Source: Candidatus Saccharimonadales bacterium
GTDB lineage: Bacteria; Patescibacteriota; Saccharimonadia; Saccharimonadales; EFPC-124
Assembly: GCA_035457485.1 (NCBI GenBank)
Contig: DATIBO010000006.1
Span: 498,659-562,658, forward strand
Reading direction: 5' to 3'
DNA length: 64,000 nucleotides
The notes below the pieces were generated by a model. That model had not been told where the DNA came from. It did not search any database and saw only the letters and a program-made list of their open reading frames with translations. A program made the translations under genes and the position numbers. How positions within the stretch are numbered: position 1 is the first letter of the stretch; each line of letters opens with the position of its first letter. This document shows, piece by piece, positions 7,485 through 16,944 of this stretch.

Positions 7485-8375
7485 ATGAGGTTACCAACTA
7501 AAGCTGTAATTGCAGCCGCCGGGCTGGGCACGCGTTTCTTGCCGCAAACTAAGGCAATGCCAAAAGAGATGCTGCCAATAGTAGACAAACCGGTTATTCA
7601 GATAATTGTTGAACAACTCGTAGAAGCGGGCGTAACGGATGTAATCATTGTTACTGGATCTACAAAACGAGCAGTGGAAGATCATTTCGACCGCTCTGAC
7701 GAGCTCGAGCATGAGCTCCGCGCAAAAGGTAAAGACGATTTTGCGGATCAAATTAAAGAAATTGCTGAACTAGCTAACTTTGTTTATGTTCGTCAAAAAG
7801 GAACTCCAAAAGGTACGGCCCGACCCGTTTTAAACGCTAAACACTTAATAGGCGCAGATGAACCGTTTTTTGCCGTTTACGCCGATGACTTTTTTAGATC
7901 GAAAACTCCTGAACCGGTTCAGCTTCTAGAGGTTTTTAAAAAAACCGGAAGGCCGGTCGTTTCGTTTGGAAAAGTCGAGCCGGCTGAGGTAAAGCGCTAC
8001 GGAATCGCCGAAGTTGCCGAATATATTGACGATAACTCGTTCCGCCTAAAGCGCTTGGTTGAAAAACCAGATCCGAAAGCTAGCCCGTCTAATTTGGCGG
8101 TAGCGGGTTGCAGTATTTTGACTCCAGATATTTTTCCGATTTTAGCTAAAGAACAAACCGGTGTTGGCGGTGAGATAATTTTAACTGAGGCAGTAGGCGA
8201 GCTTGCTGAAACTACGCATGTCTATGGTTGCGTTACCGAAGGCATTTGGCACGACGCCGGTGATAAGTCTCGCTATTTGCAGGCAATTGTCGATTATGCC
8301 TTAGTGGATCCAAAACTAGCGCCGGAATTCCGTAGCTATTTAACTAAGCGATTAAAGCAAGAACCGAAGCAATAA
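7485..8375 (+). CDS. galU: UTP--glucose-1-phosphate uridylyltransferase
   Basis: AVIAAAGLGTRFLPQTKAMPKEMLPIVDKP nucleotidyltransferase motif; SD GGAGGG is upstream. Confidence 0.85.
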   Translation: MRLPTKAVIAAAGLGTRFLPQTKAMPKEMLPIVDKPVIQIIVEQLVEAGVTDVIIVTGSTKRAVEDHFDRSDELEHELRAKGKDDFADQIKEIAELANFVYVRQKGTPKGTARPVLNAKHLIGADEPFFAVYADDFFRSKTPEPVQLLEVFKKTGRPVVSFGKVEPAEVKRYGIAEVAEYIDDNSFRLKRLVEKPDPKASPSNLAVAGCSILTPDIFPILAKEQTGVGGEIILTEAVGELAETTHVYGCVTEGIWHDAGDKSRYLQAIVDYALVDPKLAPEFRSYLTKRLKQEPKQ

Positions 8376-8405
8376 TGCTATACTAAATGTAACTAAGGGG
8401 GAATT

Positions 8406-8669
8406 ATGACAGCAGAGGAAATACTAGTAATAATTTTGTCGATTACACTAGCTGTATTTTTGGTGTTATCAATTATCCTTGTGTCGCTTATGATTGCAGT
8501 TGCGCGCAAAGTCAACGATATTGTTGATTCTGCCGAAGAAACTGTTGGACAAGTACAAGGAATTGTTACTAACATTCAAAATACAACCGTGCCAGCTTTA
8601 ATTAGCACGCTTCTAGCCGAATGGCTGGGCAGAATGGCCGAAAAATCTAAAAAATCAAAGGAGGATTAG
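8406..8669 (+). CDS. DUF948-like small membrane protein
   Basis: 87 aa with an N-terminal TM helix followed by a coiled segment. It sits in the typical position upstream of a YtxH-like gene. Confidence 0.5.
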   Translation: MTAEEILVIILSITLAVFLVLSIILVSLMIAVARKVNDIVDSAEETVGQVQGIVTNIQNTTVPALISTLLAEWLGRMAEKSKKSKED

Positions 8670-8671
8670 TT

Positions 8672-9037
8672 GTGGCACACAAAAAAGGACATTTTAAAGT
8701 TGGTTTGTTGATCGGCGCAATTGCTGGTTTGGTGGCTGGTTTATTGACCGCTCCAAAAAGTGGAAAAGACACCCGTGACGATATTAAAAACAAAGCTACT
8801 GACGTGAAAGATGATCTACACAGTAAATTTAAAGATATGCGCGGTAAGGGCGAAGATTTTGCGGATGACGCTTCTGATAAACTTGATGACGCGCGCGGCC
8901 AAGCAGAAGAATTTGCTAAAGATGCAAAAAAGAAAGCTAGCGATGTAGCAGATGACCTTAAAGACAGGACAGACATGGCGGCCGACAAAACTAAAGACGC
9001 AATCGATGAAGCTAAAAAGCGAATAGCCAAAAAATAA
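8672..9037 (+). CDS. YtxH-like general stress protein
   Basis: GAIAGLVAGLLTAPKSGKDTRDDIK motif, a K/D-rich tail and a GTG start. Confidence 0.55.
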   Translation: MAHKKGHFKVGLLIGAIAGLVAGLLTAPKSGKDTRDDIKNKATDVKDDLHSKFKDMRGKGEDFADDASDKLDDARGQAEEFAKDAKKKASDVADDLKDRTDMAADKTKDAIDEAKKRIAKK

Positions 9038-9039
9038 GC

Positions 9040-9315
9040 ATGGAAAAGAAAACAAAAACCGATAAGCCCGCTAGTAATCACAGTGTTGGTGTAAATGATG
9101 TTTTTGAAGAGTTCTTTCAGGATTATGAGCGCCGTCGCTGGAGTATCTATAGACTAAACTTTGTTCGTGGAATATTTTTTGGTCTAGGAACATTCATCGG
9201 CGGTACATTGGTCATTGCTGGAATGTTCTGGTTCTTATCTTTATTCGAGAGCGTTCCGTATATATCGGACGTGATTAAAAATATTCAAACGTCAATTGAA
9301 GACGCACGCAAATAG
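9040..9315 (+). CDS. small membrane protein
   Basis: 91 aa with two hydrophobic segments; third gene of the 8406-9315 trio. Confidence 0.45.
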   Translation: MEKKTKTDKPASNHSVGVNDVFEEFFQDYERRRWSIYRLNFVRGIFFGLGTFIGGTLVIAGMFWFLSLFESVPYISDVIKNIQTSIEDARK

Positions 9316-9331
9316 TTAGGGAGATTTTGAG

Positions 9332-12300
9332 GTGTCAGAGCAAACGCCTGTTTTAGAGGCGAAAGATTTTGTGCATTTACATAACCACACGCACTACAGC
9401 GTGCTGGATGGTTTGCAAAAAGTTCCAGAAATGCTCGACCGAGTTAAGGACCTAGGTATGGAGGCTGTAGCGATTACAGACCACGGTGTCTTAAGTGGTG
9501 CGATTGAATTTTATAAAGAGGCGACTGCGCGAGGCATTAAACCGATTATCGGTATAGAAACATATGTTGCAGCCCGAAAACTCACCGACAAAGACCCCGT
9601 AAAAGATAAAGCTCGCTATCACCTAATTTTACTAGCCATGAATAATAAAGGCTACGAAAACCTAATGCGCATGGCGACTACTGCGAGCTTGGACGGGTAT
9701 TATTACAAACCGCGTATTGATCATGATTTACTCGAAAAATATAACGAAGGCATAATTTGCTTGTCTGCTTGTGCCGGTAGCGAATTAGGCGAAAACTTAC
9801 GCGCCGATCAAGATGAAAAAGCCTACGAAATTGCCAAATGGTACAAGAACTTATTTGGTGATCGCTACTATATTGAGGTTCAGGACCATGGCCATCCCGA
9901 TCACCCAATGAAGTGGGATGAGCAGGTAAAACTTAACCAAAAGCTTTTCAAGCTAGCAGCTGATCTTGGAATTAAAACAGTTTTAACCAGCGACGCGCAC
10001 TATGCTGCCCCCGCCGACAAGGATGCTCACGAAATTCTGCTTTGCGTGCAAACTGGTGCGTTTTTGAGCGACCAGGATAGGTTTAGCTTAAAAGATTTTG
10101 ATCTGTTTGTTGAAGATCCAAAAAGCGCAATTGCTCGTTGGGGCGCTGATCATGCAAGTAGTATTAGGACTTCTAAAGAAATCGCAGATCGCTGCGAGAT
10201 TAAGTTTGAGTTTGATAAAATCTTAATCCCAGAGTTCCCCGTGCCAGAGGGACAGACCGAAAAGACTTTTTTGGACGATTTAGTACATCGTGGCCTAGTA
10301 GATCGCTACACCAACATGAGCCGCGAAGACGCGTTTAAAATGACAATTGAACAAGCACGAAAAATTATTCCACCGCACGTGTTGGAACGCACGGACTTTG
10401 AGCTGGGCGTTATCGACGGCATGGGCTTTAACGGATATATGCTGATCGTGCAGGATTTTATCAACTGGGGTAAGGACCAAGGGATTATCTTTGGGCCGGG
10501 GCGTGGTAGTGCTGCCGGTTCGATTATTGCTTACGCGCTGCGTATAACGGATCTCGATCCTCTAAAATATGGCTTGCTGTTTGAGCGCTTCTTGAATCCT
10601 GATCGTATCAGTATGCCCGATATCGACGTTGACATTCAAGATAACCGACGTGACGAAGTGATCGAATATTGTTCTAACAAGTACGGCAAAGACCGCGTGA
10701 GTAATATTGTTACATTCGGTAAAATGGCGGCGCGTGCGGCAGTGCGCGACGTGGCACGTGTTTTGCAGGTTCCATACGCCGAGGCCGATAAACTGGCAAA
10801 AATGATCCCCGCACCTGTTCAGGGTAGGCATATTCCTCTTAAAGTTTCGATCGAAAAGGACCAAGATTTAAAGGCCGAATACGAAAACAACCAAACCGCA
10901 AAACGCGTGATCGACCTTGCGAGCCGGCTTGAAGGTACGATTCGTAGCCACGGTGTCCACGCATGTGGTGTGGTAATTGCGCCGGGCGAGCTCGTGCAAT
11001 ATATTCCGCTCGAGATGGCACAAAAAGGCGTCGTCGCTACCCAGTTCCCAATGGGTCAGATCGAAGAACTTGGGCTTTTAAAGATGGACTTTTTGGGTCT
11101 GAGCAACTTAACGGTTATTAAAAACGCTTTGAGAATTATTAAAAAGATCGAGGATGTGGATATTGATTTGGGTAAAATCCCACTTGATGATCTAAAAACT
11201 TTCGAGCTGTTAGCGCGTGGTGACACAACGGGAGTGTTTCAGTTTGAATCCGCCGGTATGAAGCGCTATTTACGTGACTTAAAGCCCAACGAGTTTGACG
11301 ACGTTATCGCTATGGGCGCACTGTATCGCCCGGGTCCGCTTAGTGCTGGGCTGACGGATAGCTTTATTAAGCGCAAAAATGGACTCGAAAAGGTGAGTTT
11401 CGCGCATCCGCTCATGGAGGGCGCACTTAAAAACACCTTCGGAGTGCTAGTTTACCAAGAGCAAGTGATGCAGATCTCGCGCGATGTTTGTGGTTTTACC
11501 GGTGGTGAAGCCGACACTTTGCGTAAGGCAATTGGTAAAAAGAAGCTAGATGTGATGGAAAAAATGCAAGTCAAGTTTATCGAGGGCGCAGTTAAAAATG
11601 GCGTGCCACAAGCTGTGATTGAAAAATTCTGGAAGGATCTTTTAGGCTTTGCCGACTATTGTTTTAATAAGTCGCACTCAGCATGCTACGGGTTAATTAG
11701 CTACTGGACGGCTTACTTAAAAGCGCACTTCCCGGGACCATTTATGGCGGCCTTAATGACCAGCGATCAAGATGACACTGATCGTTTAGCAATTGAAATT
11801 GCCGAATGTCGGCGTGCAGATTTGCAAGTTTTAACTCCAGATATTAACCAATCTTTTGCCGAATTTGGAACCGTGCCAGGCACGAATCAGATTCGTTTTG
11901 GTTTGAATGCTGTTAAAAATGTTGGCACAAATGCCGTCGAAGAAATTTTGCGTGCGCGTGAAGAGGGTAAGTTTAAGTCGATTGAGGACTTTTTGAAGCG
12001 AGTTAACGTTAGGATAGTGAATCGTAAAAATCTTGAAAGTTTAGTAAAAGCTGGCGCGTTTGATAGTTTGGCGGATCGAACTGATTTGCTTTATAACATG
12101 GATACGATCTTGGCTTTTGCGCACAAAATTCAAAAAGAGGCCGCCAGTGGTCAGGCGGATCTGTTCGGGAGTTTGCTAGACGAAATGATTCCAGCATTAA
12201 AACTTGATCCGGCGCCGACCAGAACCAGTGATCGCGAGATGCTTTTATGGGAACGTGAGCTGCTAGGGTTGTACTTAAGCGCACATCCGTTGGATAAGTA

Positions 12301-12973
12301 CGATGCATACTTCAGCGAGCAGACTATGCCTATATCGAATTTGGCCAAAGAAATGGACGGAAAGACTGCGATGGTTGGCGGAGTTATTAATGACTCTCGC
12401 GTTATTAACACAAAAAGTGGCAGTAAAATGGCTTTCGTAAAACTCGAAGACAAAGCCGGCGAGATGGAGATCATAGTATTCCCTAAGCTTTATGAGGAAA
12501 TTTCCGAAAAGCTCGTCCAGGACGCTGTGGTTAAAGTGAAAGGTAAAATCAACGCCAAGGACCGCGATGGCAATCCGACTGATGACGTAAAAATTATCGC
12601 CGAGGAAATAATTTTTGTAACCGACGACGAGCTCGATAACTACAAATCAACTGGCCGCAATATGCGATTACCGCAGACAAAGCGTTTGAATCTTGAGCCG
12701 AAATCTAAAAAAAAGCTTGAACTTTATACGTATGTCCCAGTCGAAGAGAAAAAGCCGCGCTTGTTTGTACACGTAAAAGATCCGTCGAATAATGAGGCGC
12801 TAGTTAAAGTTAAGCAAGTTTTTAACGAATGGCCAGGATCGCATGAAGTGGTTTTGGTTTTGGGTGAAGATAAAAAATCAGCGATAAAAATGCCTTTTAA
12901 AGTTGACCCGCAAGAAGATCTGATGGAAAGTTTGAGTGAGCTGCTGGGTACGGAGTGTGTCGCGGTTAAGTAA
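9332..12973 (+). CDS. dnaE: DNA polymerase III alpha subunit
   Basis: 1213 aa with PHP domain HLHNHTHYSVLDG, a polymerase core and an OB fold. GTG start after GGGAG. Confidence 0.95.
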   Translation: MSEQTPVLEAKDFVHLHNHTHYSVLDGLQKVPEMLDRVKDLGMEAVAITDHGVLSGAIEFYKEATARGIKPIIGIETYVAARKLTDKDPVKDKARYHLILLAMNNKGYENLMRMATTASLDGYYYKPRIDHDLLEKYNEGIICLSACAGSELGENLRADQDEKAYEIAKWYKNLFGDRYYIEVQDHGHPDHPMKWDEQVKLNQKLFKLAADLGIKTVLTSDAHYAAPADKDAHEILLCVQTGAFLSDQDRFSLKDFDLFVEDPKSAIARWGADHASSIRTSKEIADRCEIKFEFDKILIPEFPVPEGQTEKTFLDDLVHRGLVDRYTNMSREDAFKMTIEQARKIIPPHVLERTDFELGVIDGMGFNGYMLIVQDFINWGKDQGIIFGPGRGSAAGSIIAYALRITDLDPLKYGLLFERFLNPDRISMPDIDVDIQDNRRDEVIEYCSNKYGKDRVSNIVTFGKMAARAAVRDVARVLQVPYAEADKLAKMIPAPVQGRHIPLKVSIEKDQDLKAEYENNQTAKRVIDLASRLEGTIRSHGVHACGVVIAPGELVQYIPLEMAQKGVVATQFPMGQIEELGLLKMDFLGLSNLTVIKNALRIIKKIEDVDIDLGKIPLDDLKTFELLARGDTTGVFQFESAGMKRYLRDLKPNEFDDVIAMGALYRPGPLSAGLTDSFIKRKNGLEKVSFAHPLMEGALKNTFGVLVYQEQVMQISRDVCGFTGGEADTLRKAIGKKKLDVMEKMQVKFIEGAVKNGVPQAVIEKFWKDLLGFADYCFNKSHSACYGLISYWTAYLKAHFPGPFMAALMTSDQDDTDRLAIEIAECRRADLQVLTPDINQSFAEFGTVPGTNQIRFGLNAVKNVGTNAVEEILRAREEGKFKSIEDFLKRVNVRIVNRKNLESLVKAGAFDSLADRTDLLYNMDTILAFAHKIQKEAASGQADLFGSLLDEMIPALKLDPAPTRTSDREMLLWERELLGLYLSAHPLDKYDAYFSEQTMPISNLAKEMDGKTAMVGGVINDSRVINTKSGSKMAFVKLEDKAGEMEIIVFPKLYEEISEKLVQDAVVKVKGKINAKDRDGNPTDDVKIIAEEIIFVTDDELDNYKSTGRNMRLPQTKRLNLEPKSKKKLELYTYVPVEEKKPRLFVHVKDPSNNEALVKVKQVFNEWPGSHEVVLVLGEDKKSAIKMPFKVDPQEDLMESLSELLGTECVAVK

Positions 12974-13046
12974 TAAATTTGACTATTGCGCTCAAAACTG
13001 TTAGTTTAATCATTGCCCAAAGAAGTACTCACGAAGGAGGTGGCCA

Positions 13047-13700
13047 ATGGCCGCCAGAATCCTGCGGATGCAGGGCGTTCACTCCGACGACCGTCGGACG
13101 ATCTCGGAGGTCGACGTACCGACCGAGACCGGCTTCGGCATCGGTCGCATGACGCTGCTCGAGATCAACGCTCCGGTCGACGGTAAGCCGGTGACGCTGG
13201 GAGACCACTACCACATGGAGGACCGTGAGCGGTTCCTGCTGACGCGTGGTCGTGGTGTTCTGACCAGCTGCCACGTGAGCCCGGTCGGCCAGCTGGTCGG
13301 CCCGCTCAAGGTGGACTCGGTTCAGGCCGGCGACGTGATCGTGATTGAGCCCTTCGTGGCCCACACGTTCGTGTTCGACGGGCCGGCCACACTGGTCTGC
13401 GTCTCGTCGATGACCTTCGACCCGAAGGACACTGAGGTCCGCAAGCTGATGCTCCCGCCGGCCAGTGCTCGCATGATGCACTACCTGCGCGAGCTCGCGC
13501 TCACCGAGCGCATCACGCCGTGGGACGTGGCCTACTACAGCTTCCACGGGGAGCTGCAGGTCACGGTCAACGCGGCGGGCACGCTGGTGGTCAGCGACAA
13601 CAGCGGCGAGGGAGCCGTGACGCTCAACTTCAACGAGGGCAACCTCGAGGAAGTTCTGGCTAAGGTCGCCGAGATCGTGCGGGTCCCGTCTGTGAACTGA
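13047..13700 (+). CDS. cupin-fold protein with C-terminal extension
   Basis: 217 aa. The cupin motifs are GDHYHMEDRERFLLTRG and AGDVIVIEPFVAHTF. GC3 is very high. Confidence 0.6.
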   Translation: MAARILRMQGVHSDDRRTISEVDVPTETGFGIGRMTLLEINAPVDGKPVTLGDHYHMEDRERFLLTRGRGVLTSCHVSPVGQLVGPLKVDSVQAGDVIVIEPFVAHTFVFDGPATLVCVSSMTFDPKDTEVRKLMLPPASARMMHYLRELALTERITPWDVAYYSFHGELQVTVNAAGTLVVSDNSGEGAVTLNFNEGNLEEVLAKVAEIVRVPSVN

Positions 13701-13719
13701 ACGACAACTTCATAGGGCA

Positions 13720-13746
13720 GGCCTGGTACTCACGCAGTACCGGGCC
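13720..13746 (+). terminator. hairpin terminator of cassette 3 (no T-tract)
   Basis: GGCCTGGTACT-cacgc-AGTACCGGGCC forms an 11-bp stem with one G.T pair. Confidence 0.45.
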
Positions 13747-13757
13747 TCGCTCAGAGC

Positions 13758-14735
13758 TTATCTAATAAATCCGGCTGAACCAGCCAAAACGAGCCCAACA
13801 ATTACCGCAATTACCGCTAAATCAATAAGTGGATGTACCAAAATAAAGTGCGTGCTGTGCCGCCAACCTGCCACAATTAATTTTCGGTGCGTTATAGCAA
13901 AGCCAATTACGGCGGCAGTAATCACCCCAAGACTCGCGTAAACTGCCCAACTTGCATTACCACTCAGCAAGTTTTGCAAATTAGTAACTCTTGTGGGGGC
14001 GGCTACGGTAACTTTGGGTTCTTCGGTCTTGTCTTCGTTTACAACCTCGGGAGCGGGTGTGGTGGTTGGTTCGGCCGCGGACTCCACTGGGACCGGCGCG
14101 GGCTCCGCCTCGGGTGCTGTGGCTTGGGCTTGTGCGACAACTGGTGCTGGTGTTGGCTCCGGAGTAGGGGCCGGTGGCGCTGCTTGAGTGCCGTAAAAGG
14201 CTGCTACTACAGTGTACTGGCCGCTTTGATAGTTTGATCCATTGGTTATTCCAAAACCCATTTCTTTATAATCGCCTAAAATGTTGGCTTTGTGACCGGG
14301 GCTGTTCATCCAGGCGTCTACCATTTCAGCGCTGTCAGCAAAACCATAAGCTAGGTTCTCGCCTGCATGAATGTAGTTGTATCCTGCGGTGTCAAAAAAG
14401 TACCAGGGCTCAGTGCCATCTGGTGCGGTGTGAGCCCAGTAGTTATTTGCAACCATGTGGTTAGCTTTAGCCTGCGCTCCATTGTTGAGCTGGCTATTTA
14501 CACTTAAAGGTGCTAGACCATTTTCGGCTCTTTTTTGATTGGTCAAATTGGCTAGCTCACCAATACTTACGCTAACAGCATAGGCTAAAACGTTGCCCGG
14601 TGTTGTTTGTGCTAACCATGTAAATTGAATAGCTATCAGCGCAGCTGCCATTCCAAAGAATATGGTCATTCTGTGGCGATGCATTTTTTTGACTGTTTGT
14701 TTATGCGCGGATTTTGATTTAGGCATTTTAAACAA
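13758..14735 (-). CDS. CAP/SCP (YkwD-like) domain protein with Pro/Ala/Thr linker and C-terminal TM segments
   Basis: NQKRAENGLAPL...NYWAHT...MNSPGHKANIL CAP-domain motifs, an N-terminal signal anchor, a PAPTPEPTPAP linker and a hydrophobic C-terminus. Confidence 0.75.
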   Translation of the reverse strand: MFKMPKSKSAHKQTVKKMHRHRMTIFFGMAAALIAIQFTWLAQTTPGNVLAYAVSVSIGELANLTNQKRAENGLAPLSVNSQLNNGAQAKANHMVANNYWAHTAPDGTEPWYFFDTAGYNYIHAGENLAYGFADSAEMVDAWMNSPGHKANILGDYKEMGFGITNGSNYQSGQYTVVAAFYGTQAAPPAPTPEPTPAPVVAQAQATAPEAEPAPVPVESAAEPTTTPAPEVVNEDKTEEPKVTVAAPTRVTNLQNLLSGNASWAVYASLGVITAAVIGFAITHRKLIVAGWRHSTHFILVHPLIDLAVIAVIVGLVLAGSAGFIR

Positions 14736-14737
14736 TT

Positions 14738-15232
14738 TTACCTTGGCCTGGTCAGTTCGTACAGAGCGATTCCAGTGGCGACGCTAACGTTAAATGATTC
14801 TTTCTTTCCTTGCATTGGTATTTCGGTGATCATATCGCACATCTTTATAAGGTCGTCGGAAATACCATTAACTTCTTCGCCTAGCAGTAGAGCGGTTTTT
14901 TGAGTAGGTCTGATATTGGGTAATAAGATCGAATCTTTGTTTTGCTCAAGTGCTAAAATTGTGAAACCATTGTCTCGCAAGTTTTTTATAAGGGTAAAAA
15001 TATCATCCGCAAACTCGCTCGGCATAGTTACTTCGGCGCCAAGCGCGGTTTTATGAATCTGACTTGTGATTTTTTGTCTGATGTGCGGCAGACGGGGATC
15101 ATCGCGTTGTTCGGGGTAGGGGGTGTATCCACTAAAATAGACTTTCCGCACACCAAAGCCGTCAGCAGTTCGCAGGATCGACCCTACGTTATAAGTGCTA
15201 CGAATATTATGCGCGATTAAAACAAGTTGCAT
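14738..15232 (-). CDS. SpoU/TrmH-family RNA 2'-O-methyltransferase
   Basis: NVGSILRTADGFG...LLLGEEVNGIS...IPMQGKKESFNVSVATGIALYE. The start is moved from 15349 to ATG 15232. Confidence 0.8.
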   Translation of the reverse strand: MQLVLIAHNIRSTYNVGSILRTADGFGVRKVYFSGYTPYPEQRDDPRLPHIRQKITSQIHKTALGAEVTMPSEFADDIFTLIKNLRDNGFTILALEQNKDSILLPNIRPTQKTALLLGEEVNGISDDLIKMCDMITEIPMQGKKESFNVSVATGIALYELTRPR

Positions 15233-15295
15233 ACTTATAAAATACTTCACGCGCGCCCATTCCCCAAATCGCAAAACATTTGTACAATAGTGCTT

Positions 15296-16912
15296 ATGGC
15301 AGCCGATGATCAGGCTAAATTTAGAGCTGAGGACGAATTTAATACTCAACGCAGGGCGGGCTTACTTGGCTTGCAGTATTACGATACCGTTGGGGTTGTT
15401 CAAAAAGCACAACTTTTTCCGTCCACGCTAACCGTCCAGGAAATGCACAAAGGACGGATTGTTCCACTTAGCGACGGTAACGACGAAGCTGCTCTAATTT
15501 TCGGCATCACAGTTTCTACTCCGCAGCAACTATTAAACGAGCTGCGTGATCGTTTTAATGGGCGAGTCGTTAGATTTTTAATGATCTCAGACTCTGGCTT
15601 TAAAGAGTTCATGCAACGGTATGATCCGCCAAAAAAAGTAGTTTACCAAGATGTAAAAATCGCCAAAGAAGGCGACAACGCGGCGATCGCCGAGGTTTCA
15701 AAAACTTTAGACTCTGTGCGTTCTGACGATATTTTAAATTATCTAATAACTCAGGCCGATAAACTTGGCGCATCCGACATTCATCTTGAAAATCAACAGG
15801 GGAACTTGAGAGTAAGACTTCGCGTTGATGGCGCACTGCATCCGGTAGCTACTCTTTCACGCGATAAATATCGAGTTTTATTGGCGTCAATTGCATCACG
15901 AGGCAATGTGAGTACTGCGGCAACTGATGCGCAAACTGGTCACATGCAACAAGAGATCCGTAATCCTGATGGATCAACCCGAACCTTAAACATGCGTATC
16001 GAAACCGTTCCAACGATCTATGGCCAAGACGTCGTCATGCGATTATTCAATTTTGATCCCCGGCTCCTTAAGTTAGATTATCTAGGATTAAATCAGCAGC
16101 AACTAAAAACCATCCAAGATGTTGTTGAGCATCCGCATGGAATGGTGATGGTTGTCGGGCCTACTGGTTCCGGTAAATCAACCACGCTTTACAGCATGAT
16201 TAACGGTTTAAATACTACTGATCGCAAGATTTTGACACTCGAAGACCCGGTCGAATTAGCTGTGCCGGGTGTGATTCAGATTCCGGTTTCTACCGAAAGC
16301 GGCGATAGTTTTGCCGACAAGCTGCGTGCTGTGTTGCGACTTGACCCCGATATAATTATGGTAGGCGAAATTCGAGATATAGATACGGCGAAGACCGCCA
16401 TTCAGGCCTCAATCACCGGACATTTGGTGTTGAGTACATTCCATGCGAGTACAGCGGCCACAGCTTTTAGCAGAATTATAGATATGATTGGGCAGAACCC
16501 AATCTTCTCGACGGCGATCCGTCTAGTTATTGGCCAACGTTTAGTCCGTAAATTAGATGAAAAAACACGTGTAGCCTATAAGCCCGACGAGGCAACTAAA
16601 AAATATATCAACGAAGTGCTGAGTGATTTGCCCAAGAATGTCGCAAAGCCAGATGTCGACAATTTGACCTTATATAAACCCGGATCTTCGGCTGAAAATC
16701 CATTTGGGTATCGTGGCCGATTGGTGATAATGGAGCAAATGGCAATCACCGATAAAGTGCAGGCGTATTTGCGCGGCGATGTCGCTGATGTGGATTCGGT
16801 AATGATTGAGAAAACTGCCAAAGCACAAGGTATGGTAACCATGTTGCAGGACGGTGTGTTGAAGGCTTGTGCCGGAGTCACTACGCTCGAAGAGATCAAC
16901 AGAGTAATTTAA
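15296..16912 (+). CDS. pilB: type IV pilus / type II secretion ATPase (PilB/GspE family)
   Basis: Walker A GPTGSGKST, Asp/His boxes and a GspE N-terminal domain. The start is moved from 15227 to ATG 15296. Confidence 0.85.
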   Translation: MAADDQAKFRAEDEFNTQRRAGLLGLQYYDTVGVVQKAQLFPSTLTVQEMHKGRIVPLSDGNDEAALIFGITVSTPQQLLNELRDRFNGRVVRFLMISDSGFKEFMQRYDPPKKVVYQDVKIAKEGDNAAIAEVSKTLDSVRSDDILNYLITQADKLGASDIHLENQQGNLRVRLRVDGALHPVATLSRDKYRVLLASIASRGNVSTAATDAQTGHMQQEIRNPDGSTRTLNMRIETVPTIYGQDVVMRLFNFDPRLLKLDYLGLNQQQLKTIQDVVEHPHGMVMVVGPTGSGKSTTLYSMINGLNTTDRKILTLEDPVELAVPGVIQIPVSTESGDSFADKLRAVLRLDPDIIMVGEIRDIDTAKTAIQASITGHLVLSTFHASTAATAFSRIIDMIGQNPIFSTAIRLVIGQRLVRKLDEKTRVAYKPDEATKKYINEVLSDLPKNVAKPDVDNLTLYKPGSSAENPFGYRGRLVIMEQMAITDKVQAYLRGDVADVDSVMIEKTAKAQGMVTMLQDGVLKACAGVTTLEEINRVI

Positions 16913-16920
16913 AATGAAAC

Positions 16921-16944
16921 GCCCCGCTCGTAAATGAGCGGGGC
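16921..16944. terminator. bidirectional hairpin between pilB and cassette 4
   Basis: GCCCCGCTC-gtaaat-GAGCGGGGC forms a 9-bp stem. It is flanked by TTT on the plus strand and TTT-containing sequence on the minus strand. Confidence 0.5.

Larger units (their letters stand above)
13025..13750 (+). other. GC-rich foreign-looking cassette 3 (cupin gene)
   Basis: Line 13081-13140 has 40/60 G+C versus 30/60 in the dnaE line 12901. It has SD AAGGAGGTG, hairpin 13720-13746 and a possible promoter TTGACT(12979-12984)-17-TAGTTT(13002-13007). Confidence 0.7.

Noticed and set aside
11442-11450. GAGTGCTAG half-site inside dnaE
   Set aside because: There is no matching CTAGCACTC half 9 nt upstream, and it lies within coding sequence. 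It is a coincidental 9-mer and not a CIRCE element.
13029-13547. 172-aa minus-strand ORF antisense to the cupin gene
   Set aside because: It is an antisense shadow ORF in about two-thirds-GC DNA. It has no SD, whereas the plus strand has an SD, cupin motifs and a terminator.
13887-14464. Plus-strand ORFs and a local GC rise inside the CAP-domain gene as an eighth foreign island
   Set aside because: The GC-rich stretch encodes the Pro/Ala/Thr linker of the minus-strand CAP protein. The frame is continuous with the native-composition domains on both sides.
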